In this document: positions 1-9,110 of the stretch, piece by piece
How positions within the stretch are numbered: position 1 is the stretch's first letter
How the letters are laid out: each line of letters begins with the position of its first letter
Source: Microcoleus sp.
GTDB lineage: Bacteria > Cyanobacteriota > Cyanobacteriia > Cyanobacteriales > Microcoleaceae
NCBI GenBank assembly: GCA_042408215.1
Contig: JAYFMW010000020.1
Span: forward strand, 544,001 to 608,000
Length of the DNA stretch: 64,000 bases
Direction of reading: 5' to 3'
Made by a program: the position numbers and the translations under genes
The notes under the pieces: generated by a model
Database searches by the model: none
What the model was told of the DNA's origin: nothing
Seen by the model: only the letters and a program-made list of their open reading frames with translations

Positions 1-630
1 GAGGCTTTAATGAATCCTGTAAGACCTGAAGGAGAAAATTTTACTCGACGATATCGGACTCTATGTGTATATGGAGATAATAAGCTTATCGTAGGAACAA
101 TATCCTACACCGATGTATTGCGTAAAATCAACGATCCAACAAGTCATACACCTTTCTTAAGGCTAACTATAGGTGAAAATAGCCTATTTAAGAAAAGAGA
201 GGATCTTACTGTATTAACTGAGGATGATAATTTGTTGCGGGCCCGAAGAATTTTGAAGGAAAATTCCTTTACTCATATTCCTATCACAACAGCAGATGGT
301 AGATTTGTGACAGGAATAGTTGATGATGTAATTGTTAATACTTTTTTACACGATATAACTTTGACTCAATACTCAAAATTGCCGTTAAAATATATTATGC
401 TTCCGGTGAATGAGAGAAATAGCGTAAGTCCTGGGACTGTTACCTCTAAAGTGATTGAAACATTTGTTCCAGATAATTCTAAGGATAGACCTACTGCTCT
501 TGTAGTTTGCACAAAAGACCCTAATAGTGGTAAATTTGCCTTCGATGGAATAATCAGCTATACTGATATTTTTCGAGGCTTTCTAATGTTTATAAATCCT
601 GGATCGCCAACTCCTGAAACTCCCAAATAA
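1..630 (+). CDS. CBS-domain protein, probably 5'-truncated by the window edge
   Basis: Repeated CBS-like motifs (VGTISYTDVLR, FTHIPIT...TGIV, DGIISYTDIFR); the frame is open from base 1; AT-rich. Confidence 0.65.
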   Translation, partial: EALMNPVRPEGENFTRRYRTLCVYGDNKLIVGTISYTDVLRKINDPTSHTPFLRLTIGENSLFKKREDLTVLTEDDNLLRARRILKENSFTHIPITTADGRFVTGIVDDVIVNTFLHDITLTQYSKLPLKYIMLPVNERNSVSPGTVTSKVIETFVPDNSKDRPTALVVCTKDPNSGKFAFDGIISYTDIFRGFLMFINPGSPTPETPK

Positions 631-675
631 ACCGCAAGATAATTGACGTAAACTAACTCAAAGAAAGCGAAAATT

Positions 676-717
676 TTAAAAAATCCCATCCTTTTTTAGG
701 GGCTGGGATTTTTTAAA
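676..717. terminator. Hairpin / probable terminator between the convergent CBS gene and rpsD
   Basis: Inverted repeat aaaaaatccca...tgggatttttt with A/T tails. Confidence 0.55.
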
Positions 718-731
718 GTCCTCATTCATCA

Positions 732-967
732 GTAGGGACACGGCAATGCCGTGTCCCTCAGTCATCAGGACACGGCAATGCCGTGTCCCGATCGATCCCC
801 GTAGGGACACGGCAATGCCGTGTCCCTCAGTCATCAGGACACGGCAATGCCGTGTCCCGATCGATCCCCGTAGGGACACGGCAATGCCGTGTCCCTCAGT
901 CATCAGGACACGGCAATGCCGTGTCCCGATCGATCCCCGTAGGGACACGGCAATGCCGTGTCCCTAC
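732..967. repeat. Tandem array (69-bp period, about 3.4 units) of GTAG-type REP palindromes GTAGGGACACGGCAATGCCGTGTCCC
   Basis: Units start at 732, 801, 870 and 939, giving 7 palindromes. The same REP occurs near 2117, 24503 and 35596-35710. Confidence 0.9.
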
Positions 968-987
968 TACTGGAAATGACTAATAAC

Positions 988-1596
988 TTAAGCTTGACGT
1001 GAATAGTATTCCACAACTAGCAGCTCGTTAACCTGAAGCGCAATCCACTCCCGTTCAACAACGCCGTTAACTTTACCAATCAGTTTTTGCTTATCAAATT
1101 CCAAGTGATTGGGTAAGTGAGCCAAACCTGGATCTTTGAGGTTAGTCTCCACCATGAGGCGGGAACGCTCCCGATTTTTTACCGAAATTACATCTCCAGG
1201 CTTGCACTGATAGCTGGCGATGTTGACTTCGCGATCGTTCACAGTTATGTGACCGTGATTTACCAATTGTCTAGCGGACGGAATGGTAGGAGCCATTCCC
1301 ATCCGAAACACAGTGTTGTCCAAGCGCATTTCCAAGAATTGCAGTAACACTTGACCTGTGGAGCCGGTAACTCGGCGAGCTTTCCGAACGTAACGAAGCA
1401 GTTGGCGTTCAGTCACACCGTAATTGAAACGGAGTTTTTGCTTTTCTTGCAAGCGAACCGCATACTCAGAGAGCTTTTTGCGGTTTTGACCATGCTGCCC
1501 GGGTGGATAATCCCGTCTGGGTGTTTTGCGAGTTAGCCCAGGCAAATCCTTTAGGCGACGGACGATTCTTAATCGGGGACCCCGATATCGAGACAT
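988..1596 (-). CDS. rpsD: 30S ribosomal protein S4
   Basis: [15 protein letters not shown]...PPGQHG...EMRLDN...VVEYYSR. Confidence 0.99.
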   Translation of the reverse strand: MSRYRGPRLRIVRRLKDLPGLTRKTPRRDYPPGQHGQNRKKLSEYAVRLQEKQKLRFNYGVTERQLLRYVRKARRVTGSTGQVLLQFLEMRLDNTVFRMGMAPTIPSARQLVNHGHITVNDREVNIASYQCKPGDVISVKNRERSRLMVETNLKDPGLAHLPNHLEFDKQKLIGKVNGVVEREWIALQVNELLVVEYYSRQA

Positions 1597-1645
1597 TGAT
1601 TTTCCTCTCTAATGTCTGTATAAAATTTTATACAGGCTTTATACT

Positions 1646-1795
1646 TTGGCACTCTCAGGTCTAAAAACGCTGAGATTTTTGGTTCTGCGAGACGACTTGC
1701 CGAGGCTGGATTACTCCAACTTCAGTAGTGGTCATCTCTCCCCAAACGTTGCTCGGAGCGGTGTCCGAAAGTTTCGGTATGCCCTACCGTACTCA
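1646..1795 (-). mobile_element. Degenerate IS200/IS605 right end / TnpB omegaRNA relic
   Basis: Minus strand TACGGTAGGGCATACCG...AACGTTTGGGGAGAG...GAACCAAAAATCTCAG...GAGAGTGCCAA resembles the cyanobacterial IS605 3' end and the relic at 2629-2830. Confidence 0.65.
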
Positions 1796-1936
1796 ATGAG
1801 TTTTTTGTCTAGTTAAGTCTTGTCCAAATTTAGCTTTCCTAAACTGCAACACCGTTAGGTGAGACCACGTACTCAACTAATCTAGTTAAGTTTTTACGTT
1901 GCTTAGTTATACTCAAATTTTGAACCAATCCGAATC

Positions 1937-2540
1937 TTGACATACTCACCGCCCTAAAAGTGCGGTGATTCTTGACGTTTCACAGGGTGATGCTACGGTC
2001 GTAGTCTTATTCTGCTATACAAAACTTGGCTAAACTTATTCAAGCTTCACCATTCAACTAGAAGTGGTTTCTAGAGGGTCTGCTTCCTGCTTCTGCCAAG
2101 GGAGTCGGCTCCGTACGGACACGGCACTGCCGTGTCCCTACAGTCCACAGGCGTAAATTCGGGTGTAGCCCACCCTATGCATCACGTTGTATAACTGTTG
2201 AAGCTTTTAGCCATTGTTCAACCTGTATTTTCCACCTATTTAACGAATCGTGGTCTCCCGTTCGACCTTTTTACAGGCTGGTCAGTTTTGAATCGACGCT
2301 CGGTTTACAAACCAGATATTTTGCCTCATCGTTTCGGCATGAGCGTCAAATTAGCAGAAAATTACAACGCTGTCAATATCATCACCGTGAAGAACTATGA
2401 GCAACTTTAGACAAGTATTTGGCTATTTAGTCTAGCTCCCTCCCCGTCCATTTAGAGTCGTGGAAATGCCCTATCCCGACTTCTTTACATTATAGCATAA
2501 AGCCGTCCTAGAAGGACGGGGTTTTCAACCCAAATTTTCG
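1937..2540 (-). mobile_element. Non-autonomous IS200/IS605-derived element (left and right ends, no ORF) with nested tnpB 3' remnant and REP
   Basis: Left-end hairpin CCCCGTCCTTCTAGGACGGC matches that of the tnpB element at 8819-8858; right end GAATCACCGCAC...GGCGGTGAGTATGTCAA. Confidence 0.75.
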
Positions 2541-2628
2541 ATCGAGTATGTGGAGGGTGTTCAACCAAGAAATAGTCCCCTGGCTTTAGTCACGCGGGTG
2601 GCGACCATCGGGGCCCTTTGATTATGTT

Positions 2629-3141
2629 TTGACACTCCCCAGCGATCGAGGCGTGGGGATTCTTGGTTCTAGCGACACACCTTAAAACTAGCTATCCTTG
2701 CGGCAATACTTAAACCAAATATCCGTTCAAAGGAACCAAATATCGAGCCTAATTTAGTTAGTCCCAGAGGGTTTTATCTCCCCAAGCGTTCGAGAATTAC
2801 TTCTCATGTTACCGGATGCCCTACGGTACGTTTTAACTTCCCAAAATTTACTTTTCTGATTTGGGCTGACGTTAGTTAGCCTAGCTATGTTTATTGGTGG
2901 TTTTCGCCACCCACTAACCATTATTGTTTTCCGACCCGTCGTTTGAGCTTGGTGTCTCATTTGTATCGGCGGTTATTCTACTTGTGGTATTAGTATAATT
3001 GTACCCTGTTTTTAATAAAATGCCAGAAAAATTGAAAAATAAACATTGATGAGGCTAGACAGCTTAAACAAAAATTGGAATCAATTAAAGCCGTCCTAGA
3101 AGGACGGGGCCCCGGCCACCCGCTACGCTCCGCCCAATTTG
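2629..3141 (-). mobile_element. Non-autonomous IS200/IS605-derived element with omegaRNA-like 3' region
   Basis: Left-end motif at about 3088-3110; TACCGTAGGGCATCCGG...AACGCTTGGGGAG...GAACCAAGAATCCCC...GGGGAGTGTCAA right end. Confidence 0.75.
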
Positions 3142-3216
3142 ATCGGTAAATTCTGAAGGAAAACGCGATCGCCCGATCGCACTAATTAGTCAAAAAACTG
3201 ATAACTTAAATCTGCC

Positions 3217-3771
3217 ATGCACCACCCAAAATTTGCCCGCAGTTCTGCCCAAAAGCCCGCACCCAAAGGCTCACAGCCTACGGGGCGCTGGATATGGGCT
3301 CTGGGCACACAGCTAGCAACCCTCTTGTTGTTAGCCGGATCACTTCCCACGGAGCCAGCATCAGCCATCACTATGAGATTCCCTCGAAGTAAAAATCCCT
3401 ATCGCGTCTGCATTCAGGAACTAATCGGAGCCGGAGTTGTAGCAGATGCGGCCTCCGGCGCTTGTGCGGGCGCGCTCCATCCCCGCGACATATCTAAGTG
3501 CGTCGTTCAAATCAACGGTAAAACCAATATTGCGGCTGCGGATGCCCTATCTAGCTGTCAGCGGGTGCGCCGTCCCAACGAGTTAGCTACTTGTGTCGTA
3601 GACATTAACGGCAAATCTCGAACTCAAGCTGCGGCTCCGCTGTTGGTGCTCGATCAATGTCGTCGCAGTTTATTGCCGCAACAGTTTTCTGAATGCGTAG
3701 TCGGATTGAGCCGCCAGCTCGACTTTCCCACGGACCGATTGATGATGACTTGTCTCAATTCTAGGACGTGA
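3217..3771 (+). CDS. Exported Cys-rich repeat hypothetical protein
   Basis: Hydrophobic signal-like segment ending PASA; three repeats of C...P...CV. Confidence 0.7.
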   Translation: MHHPKFARSSAQKPAPKGSQPTGRWIWALGTQLATLLLLAGSLPTEPASAITMRFPRSKNPYRVCIQELIGAGVVADAASGACAGALHPRDISKCVVQINGKTNIAAADALSSCQRVRRPNELATCVVDINGKSRTQAAAPLLVLDQCRRSLLPQQFSECVVGLSRQLDFPTDRLMMTCLNSRT

Positions 3772-4026
3772 GTCAGTTGGATGGGAGTCCAGCGCCGACG
3801 CCTCCTGCGGTGCTAATTTCGCCCCCTTCGCGGCTCAATTAATTAGTCATTTATTAGTTATTGGTTAGTTGTTATTTGTTACTTGTTGCTGGTTGGTTCC
3901 CAGTTATTAGGTGTTAGTCGTTGATGGATTCTGACTAATCACCAATTACCCATAAATCATCATCAATAACCAATCCCAAATAACTCACAACCAATCACCA
4001 ATAACTAATAAATAATAACTAATATA

Positions 4027-4128
4027 GCCTTTCTCAGAAAGATGAGGTACGACTGGGCATAGGGCATGGGGCATGGGGCATAGGGCATAGGGTTCCGTGG
4101 GCATACCTCACTTTTTTGAGAACCGCTA
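4027..4128. repeat. GGGCAT(A/G) heptamer tract bracketed by an inverted repeat
   Basis: ttctcagaaagatgaggta ... tacctcacttttttgagaa; the same right arm follows a GGGAATA tract at about 45756-45820. Confidence 0.65.
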
Positions 4129-4163
4129 TAAATGATCGATAATCACCAATAACTAATCCTAAA

Positions 4164-4511
4164 ATGTCAGAAAATTTTGTTCAAATCACAGTCGAAGAAT
4201 TAGGTCGCCGTTTAGCAGAACCAACTGCTGATAAATTCCAGCTTGTGGACGTGCGGGAACCTCACGAAATTGAGCAAGCCGCGATCGCAGGATTTGCGAT
4301 TTTTCCGCTGAGTGAGTTTGCTGAATGGTCCGACACAATAGCCGATCGGCTCGATCGCGACACAGAAACCCTAGTGCTTTGTCATCATGGAGTGCGATCG
4401 GCTCAAATGTGCCAGTGGCTGAGCGGTGAAGGCTTTACCAACGTCAAAAATATAGTTGGCGGCATCGATGCTTACTCCATGTTGGTAGATCGAACTATCC
4501 CACGTTATTAA
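4164..4511 (+). CDS. Rhodanese-domain sulfurtransferase
   Basis: LVDVREPHE, LCHHGVRS active-site loop, GGIDAY. Confidence 0.92.
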   Translation: MSENFVQITVEELGRRLAEPTADKFQLVDVREPHEIEQAAIAGFAIFPLSEFAEWSDTIADRLDRDTETLVLCHHGVRSAQMCQWLSGEGFTNVKNIVGGIDAYSMLVDRTIPRY

Positions 4512-5100
4512 CACCAAATCCGATTTTTAATGCTCCTATTCTCTACAGAAAATCTACCGTGACAATAGGGTATCCCCGCGCTGCCGCAGGAGTGAATTAT
4601 TCGCTGCTTCTGTGAACTTCTGCACTTTTTTATGGGAGCTTTAATGCGAGGCCGAGGGGTTTGTATTTTTCCGATCTACACGCTCGCTTCTGCCGGGGTT
4701 AGATCGATCTAAAATCATCGTCAAGCGGTATGGGGCTTTGGGAAATTCGCCTGCTACAACCGTTTGGATGATCTTTGATGATTTTTGGAATCCTGCCATA
4801 GTTGTTCTGCGAAGCCGATCCCCGATCAGTTTGATACGATCGCCCTGGTTGTGGCGATCGCCTGCGCGGTGGAGATGCGCTCTGCGGCTGTCTTCCCAAA
4901 TATACCAGTCAGCCGAAGGGAGGTTTGAGATTTGAGAAGTGAGAATTACTCAAGAGAATAAAAAAGCAAATCTTTAAAGAATCCGATCTCTCGATGGAGG
5001 TGGGAGTGTGAATTTGCTATAGTGGTGTGACTTTACCCGCCGATCAAACCCTGCTTCAACTAGACGAGACGGACAGAAATTTTTCGGCGATCGAGACGCG

Positions 5101-5435
5101 GTCAGCACCCCGCGCTCTTTGCGACGGGGCTTCGTGCCTCACTGAGGGTGATAGTTGACCAGCCTAAGTGCCTTGTGTACTACGTTTTTTGAGTCATGAC
5201 ACCCTGCGGATGCGTAGCTAGTCCCCGGCTCTGTCGTTAGTGGTTAAACATCTTTATTGAGGCTCAGGAAGTGCTGCTAACCTAACAAGCTCTTAAAACC
5301 TTGGCGAAGCTAACTTTACCCAGCAATGGGTTTGGAGACAACCAGATCTCCACAGAGGGGCAACCATGCCCCTCTACCCCGAAAGGGGAAATATAAAGCC
5401 GTCCTAGAAGGACGGGGTTTCAACCCATTTTTTTG
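5101..5435 (+). ncRNA. Orphan IscB-type omegaRNA (HEARO-like) within a non-autonomous IS200/IS605 element
   Basis: GTCAGCACCCC...GGGGCTT, GTTGACCAGCCTAAGT...CTACGTT...ATGACACC...GCTAGT...GCTCTGTC...GGTTAAAC...TTGGCGAAGCTAACTTTACC, as recalled from cyanobacterial iscB leaders. It ends in the GCCGTCCTAGAAGGACGGGG end motif and no iscB ORF follows. Confidence 0.75.
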
Positions 5436-5518
5436 ATGAATTTGCGCCTCTACCTGAAAAATCAGTCATCTGTCGCCGTCGCGCAGGCGAGAGCCCCCAT
5501 CACAAGGAGAAATAATCA

Positions 5519-6781
5519 TTGTCACGCCGCTACCTGTTCACCTCTGAATCTGTTACCGAAGGTCATCCAGATAAAATCTGCGATCAAATTTCAGATACAA
5601 TCTTAGATGCCTTACTGACCGAAGACCCTAAAAGTCGCGTCGCCGCCGAAGTTGTAGTCAACACGGGCTTGATGCTGCTGACTGGAGAAATTACCACGAA
5701 AGCTCAGGTAAATTACATAGAATTAGCGCGGAAAAAAATAGCCGATATTGGCTACATCCACGCTGATAACGGCTTTTCTGCCAATAGCTGCTCAGTATTG
5801 GTAGCTCTTGACACACAGTCACCCGATATTGCTCAAGGGGTGAATACAGCCCACGAAAGTCGGGAACAATCGAGTGAAGAGGAATTAGACGCCATAGGAG
5901 CCGGCGATCAAGGCTTGATGTTCGGCTTTGCTTGCAACGAAACACCGGAATTGATGCCACTCCCGATTAGTTTAGCGCACCGGATTTGCCGCCAATTAGC
6001 AGCAGTCAGAAAAACCGGTCAATTGCCTTACCTACGTCCCGACGGCAAAAGCCAAGTTACGGTGATTTACGAAGACGGCAAACCTGTTGGTATTGATACC
6101 ATCTTAATTTCTACGCAGCACACAGAGGCGATCGGCGACATTACTGACCCGGCCGCAGTTCAAGCCAAGATTAAAGAAGACCTTTGGACTGCTGTCGTCG
6201 AACCCGTATTTGCCGATATTGCCATCAAACCAGATGCACAAACTCGATTCCTTGTCAACCCCACAGGCAAATTTGTGGTCGGCGGGCCTCAAGGAGATTC
6301 AGGTTTGACGGGGCGCAAAATTATTGTGGATACCTACGGCGGTTATTCCCGTCACGGGGGCGGCGCTTTTTCTGGGAAAGACCCCACAAAGGTAGACCGC
6401 AGCGCGGCTTATGCTTGTCGCTACGTGGCTAAAAATATCGTGGCGGCCGGTTTGGCCGAAAAGTGTGAAGTGCAGTTGAGTTATGCGATCGGCGTGGCGC
6501 GGCCAGTTAGCATGATGATCGAAACTTTTGGCACTGGAAAAGTTGATGACGATCGCCTGTTAGAAGTTGTGAAGCAGCATTTTGAACTGCGTCCAGCGGG
6601 GATTATTCAAGCATTCAACTTGCAGAATTTACCTGCGGAAAGAGGCGGTCGTTTCTATCAAGACGTGGCTGCTTACGGTCACTTCGGACGCACTGATTTA
6701 GACTTGCCTTGGGAGCAAACTGATAAAGTCGAACTGTTGAAAGCAGCTTTGAGCCAGCAGTTGTCAGGCGTGGCGGGCTAG
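5519..6781 (+). CDS. metK: S-adenosylmethionine synthetase
   Basis: [32 protein letters not shown] start. Confidence 0.99.
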   Translation: MSRRYLFTSESVTEGHPDKICDQISDTILDALLTEDPKSRVAAEVVVNTGLMLLTGEITTKAQVNYIELARKKIADIGYIHADNGFSANSCSVLVALDTQSPDIAQGVNTAHESREQSSEEELDAIGAGDQGLMFGFACNETPELMPLPISLAHRICRQLAAVRKTGQLPYLRPDGKSQVTVIYEDGKPVGIDTILISTQHTEAIGDITDPAAVQAKIKEDLWTAVVEPVFADIAIKPDAQTRFLVNPTGKFVVGGPQGDSGLTGRKIIVDTYGGYSRHGGGAFSGKDPTKVDRSAAYACRYVAKNIVAAGLAEKCEVQLSYAIGVARPVSMMIETFGTGKVDDDRLLEVVKQHFELRPAGIIQAFNLQNLPAERGGRFYQDVAAYGHFGRTDLDLPWEQTDKVELLKAALSQQLSGVAG

Positions 6782-6791
6782 TAAAATTTCT

Positions 6792-7032
6792 TGTGGAACG
6801 GGCTTCTAGCCCGTTGCTAAGGCCCCACAAGAAATTTTATTGTTTGTGGAACGGGCTTCTAGCCCGTTGCTAGCCGCTCAGATCAAATCCGTTGGTATCC
6901 GAATCATTCATCTCTCTCTTCTCTTCCTCTGTGTCCTCTGTGGCCTCTGCGGTTTAATAATTCCAAAACAACCGTAAACGAGATCGCAAGAAATTTAATT
7001 AATTGTGGAACGGGCTTCTAGCCCGTTGCTAA
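6792..7032. repeat. Three copies of the REP-like palindrome TGTGGAACGGGCTTCTAGCCCGTTGCTA
   Basis: Copies near 6792, 6845 and 7004. Confidence 0.8.
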
Positions 7033-7054
7033 TATTGATACCTAATGTTACTAA

Positions 7055-7468
7055 ATGCCATTTTTAGATCCATTACAATCAGCCATTCGCCGTTTCAAAT
7101 CTTTATTAAAACAGCAATTTGCGGTTCCAGTAGACGCAAAAAATCAAGTAACGCTTCCCAAGTCGTTGGCGCCTCATAACACTGGAATGCGCGGTGTCTG
7201 GATACCAAGCACAGACTGCAAAGTTCTCACCTCAAAACAACGAATTGCAGAAGCAATGGACTTGATAGCCGATACGGGATTTAATACAGTATTTCCTGTA
7301 GTCTGGAACCGAGGTTTTACAGCTTATCCTTCTCAAATTATGCGCGAACAATTTGGGGTAGAACTTGACGCCCGCTATCTAGGTCGTGACCCCTTAGCAG
7401 AATTATTGAAGCAAATAGAGTTGGTTTAAAAGTTATTCCTTGGTTTGAATACGGTTTTGTCAGTTCTT
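7055..7468 (+). pseudogene. Glycoside hydrolase family 10-like (DUF187) pseudogene, frameshifted and interrupted by an IS
   Basis: MRGVWI...GFNTVFPVVWNRG...RDPLAEL, then after a frameshift GLKVIPWFEYGFVSS up to the IS junction. Confidence 0.8.
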
Positions 7469-8858
7469 GTGACATCACTCCGCCCGGTCGGTACGTCGCG
7501 GACTAAGAATCACTTGTTAGGTTTCCTAGTTGTTCCCTTACGGGATTTCGACTTTGACCTAGGCTGAGACATCTCAACCCCCGGCCAACCGTCTGCATAG
7601 GCATTTTGAATTCCCGACTGTCCATCGGTACTAATCAGTTCTATTCCCCTATTTCTGATCGCTTGACCACTAGCAACATCCCTATCCGTTGTATAGCCAC
7701 AATTAGAACAAGAATGAACTCTCACACTCAAATCCTTTCTAACTTCTGCACCACACTCAGGACACTCCTGGGAAGTCCCCCTAGCACTAACCTCACCAAA
7801 GAATTTACCGCGCTTCCAACACACATACTTGGTGATAGTTCGGAATTGTCCAAATCCCTCCGCAAGCATTTGTTTCCCAAGCATTCCTTGGGCGGGGATT
7901 CGGTAATCCAAATCTTCCATGAAGACCATATCGGCTGCCCCGCAAAGGACATGAGCTTGTTTGAAGTGAAAATCTTTACGGGTGTTATCAATTCTGTGGT
8001 GAATTCTAGCAACCTTGATGCGCTGCTTCTCGTGATTTTTAGACCGTTTCTTTTTTCGAGAAAGTCTGCGTTGCAGCAATTTGAGCTTGCGGAGCATGAC
8101 TTTTAAGAACTTAGGTGATTTTACGAGCATCCCGTCACTGGTTGCTAAAAACTTGGAAAGTCCAATATCTACTCCAATCGGATGACCCTGTGGACTAGGG
8201 TTGGGGATGTTAACATCACATTGGATGTTAATAGATGCGTACCAAATATCCGCTTTATTAATTATTCGGACTTGCTTTACTACAAACCCCTGTGGGATTG
8301 GGCGATGGAGGTTAATTGAAATCAACCCCAATTTTGGTAAGGCAATATGTACGACCGTCACAGGATTCTGCTTGAACTGGGGAAACAACAAAGACTTAAA
8401 TTGTCCAAACTTTTTAAATCGAGGGAACCCATGTCCAACTTTTTGAAATCCTTCCCAGGCTCGGTGCAATTGTTTAAGCGCTTGCTGCAATACTTGGCTT
8501 GGTACTTTACCCAATCGGGGAAATACCTTTTTAGCACTTGGCAGAGCATTAAGCTGTTTTACCTCGCCAGGGAAAGGGCTATCAGCAGGCATGATGTACT
8601 CATGACTGATGGAACATCTGTCAACCATGCATTTCCGACTATTGCACCAGTCCTTGATTTCTCGCAGTCCGTAGTTATATGCGACGCGACAAGTGTTCAT
8701 CCACTCTTTGAGCAACTGTTCTTGAGCGGTATTTGGGTAGACTCGGTAGCGGTAGTTCATGGTTAACATTCCACTACTCTAGCACATTTAGTGGTAACTG
8801 TGTCTCTAGTAAACATAAAGCCGTCCTTCTAGGACGGGGTTTTAAACCCAATTTGCTG
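7469..8858 (-). mobile_element. IS200/IS605 (IS1341-type, tnpB-only) element inserted 3' of TTTAT
   Basis: Left-end hairpin at about 8819-8850; right end finishing in GTCAC at 7469. Removing the element restores ...VSSYK of the host gene. Confidence 0.85.
7510..8769 (-). CDS. tnpB: RNA-guided endonuclease TnpB, catalytic triad intact
   Basis: N-terminal YRYRVYP, GVDIG, MEDL, CPECG/CSNCG zinc finger, DRDVA. Confidence 0.95.
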   Translation of the reverse strand: MLTMNYRYRVYPNTAQEQLLKEWMNTCRVAYNYGLREIKDWCNSRKCMVDRCSISHEYIMPADSPFPGEVKQLNALPSAKKVFPRLGKVPSQVLQQALKQLHRAWEGFQKVGHGFPRFKKFGQFKSLLFPQFKQNPVTVVHIALPKLGLISINLHRPIPQGFVVKQVRIINKADIWYASINIQCDVNIPNPSPQGHPIGVDIGLSKFLATSDGMLVKSPKFLKVMLRKLKLLQRRLSRKKKRSKNHEKQRIKVARIHHRIDNTRKDFHFKQAHVLCGAADMVFMEDLDYRIPAQGMLGKQMLAEGFGQFRTITKYVCWKRGKFFGEVSARGTSQECPECGAEVRKDLSVRVHSCSNCGYTTDRDVASGQAIRNRGIELISTDGQSGIQNAYADGWPGVEMSQPRSKSKSRKGTTRKPNK

Positions 8859-9110
8859 ATAAAATTATAGTCTAGAGCTGAGCTAGTTAAGATCGCAGCA
8901 ATGCCAGGCGGCAAACGCTACGAATTGTAAACCCGATCGCCCAAAATTTTCAGATAGTTAATGATTGAGGAGGTGCAAAGCATAGCCCGATCGAATATGT
9001 CCGACCGGTGGTGCATTTTTTAGATAAGTTTAGTTGCCGTATTTTTGTTAAGACAACTAATTTAAAAGAGAAGTATCAAGCGGACACAAAAATATTAGGA
9101 TAATAAATCA

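Noticed and set aside
732..967. CRISPR array, or the ORFs 676-948, 746-979 and 783-983
   Set aside because: Linkers alternate between two fixed sequences; the ORFs are translations of the repeat.
4699..4935. Short ORFs on both strands
   Set aside because: No recognisable motif or RBS; cannot be supported.
5101..5518. SAM riboswitch upstream of metK
   Set aside because: No SAM-I consensus recognised; the structure is better explained by an IscB-type omegaRNA with IS ends.
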